Origin: Utricularia gibba | Lineage: Eukaryota > Plantae > Magnoliophyta | Direction: 5' to 3' | DNA length: 64,000 nt | NCBI GenBank assembly: GCA_002189035.1 | Contig: NEEC01000010.1 | Span: 1 to 64,000, forward strand | Shown: one piece after another, positions 62,868-64,000 of the stretch | Layout of the letters: each line of letters opens with the position of its first letter | How positions within the stretch are numbered: the stretch's first letter is position 1 | The notes under the pieces: generated by a model | The model's database searches: none | What the model saw: the letters and a program-made list of their open reading frames with translations, nothing else | What the model was told of the DNA's origin: nothing | Made by a program: the position numbers and the translations under genes

Positions 62868-64000
62868 AACCTAGTTGATGTTGTTGTGAACAATTATACA
62901 GTAGTTCATGGTTGTTTAGTTTATAGTTTATTAAGATTATTATTGTTTAGAACAAATAAAAACTCAATTTAAAATATTTCAAATGATTAAATGATGTATA
63001 ATATAAATTTAAAATAAAAATATGTATTCGATCTAAATACAATAAATTTAGAATTAAAAAATATACAATCTATTTAAATGACAACTAAAGATCAATTGAT
63101 AATACAAATTTAAAATTAAAAAATATTTACTCAATACAAATAACACGTAAAGATTATTGTTAATATAATTTAAAATTTAAAAAATATGTGCTCGATCCAA
63201 ATAACACATAAGTATCGATTGATAATAGAAACTTATAATAAAAAAATATACATTCAATCCAAATAGTAGAGAGGATTTTTCAGACTCTTATCATGGCTAT
63301 GAAAGGCACTTGGGACCATTTCTATACATTCATAACTGCCATGAAGGGGGTCTAGAAATGGTCATGGAAAAGAGATAATGTTTATCAAGCAACGTCAACA
63401 TCTTATGTGGGTGCTTGAGATACACAAATGTTTTTCCAAACTCTTGTAACAATTGCTAAGGGCTCATGGAACCACTTCTAAACCCATAGCACATGTTAAA
63501 GGTGTCTACAAACATTTCTAAAAGATATAGAATCTTTTCCGATCACCCCCAAAGTTATTGTGGGTGCCTAGAAGCACAACTAAATAAATTATCATTTATT
63601 TTCGGTTATTGAATATTCATTCAATGCCCAATAGATAAGGGATAAACAAAAGGCTTCAGATGGTGAGCGTCATGGTTTATAGAGGATTAGGGTCACTCAA
63701 TAGAGTTCATTAGGGATGTGTCCATAGTTGCTACATTGTTTGGCTCTCTTTCTATCTCTACCTTTACTTTCATGCTATCTTTTGGAAGAACCCTTTTTCC
63801 AAAATGAGGGAACATATCCCCATGCCAAAGATGTGGTCATAAAAGCACAGCAAAAAAAGAGGAAGTCTTATTTTATCACTTAACTTTATTTAACTATAGA
63901 TTTTTTTGGCGAAGGAGAACATCCACAAGAAGAAAAAAATCACCTCTTGTTCTTGGTACTTTATGGGAATATGTTCATAATGAATTATCTTCTCCTGATG

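Overview
Plant nuclear DNA (angiosperm, species not determinable), AT-rich and dense in transposable elements. (1) 1-10241 is a head-to-tail array of a ~2.09-kb, GC-balanced monomer of unknown origin (4.9 copies visible, running off the window start). (2) The array is fused by 4-nt microhomology to a 5'-truncated Ty1/copia (Angela-like) element whose gag-pol carries an internal inverted duplication. (3) 19473-22257 is a 12-exon methionine-salvage gene (DEP1, MtnB+MtnC fusion) with two single-G frameshifts that look like homopolymer errors. (4) ~24-48.5 kb is a deep nest: an Athila-type gag-pol split by a 7.2-kb Mutator-like element (9-bp TSD, modular inverted ends, Ulp1 protease remnant), several solo LTRs with TSDs, and a Tat/Retand 3' half with an antisense ORF. 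(5) 51426-53423 is an intact, intronless, secreted STIG1-family gene expanded to 21 tandem 28-aa six-cysteine modules (665 aa), whereas canonical STIG1 proteins have about two; this is the most striking feature. (6) The rest is LTR and TRIM debris plus a decayed FCP1/NIF-like phosphatase pseudogene. All family assignments come from motif recall and manual alignment; no database search was run.
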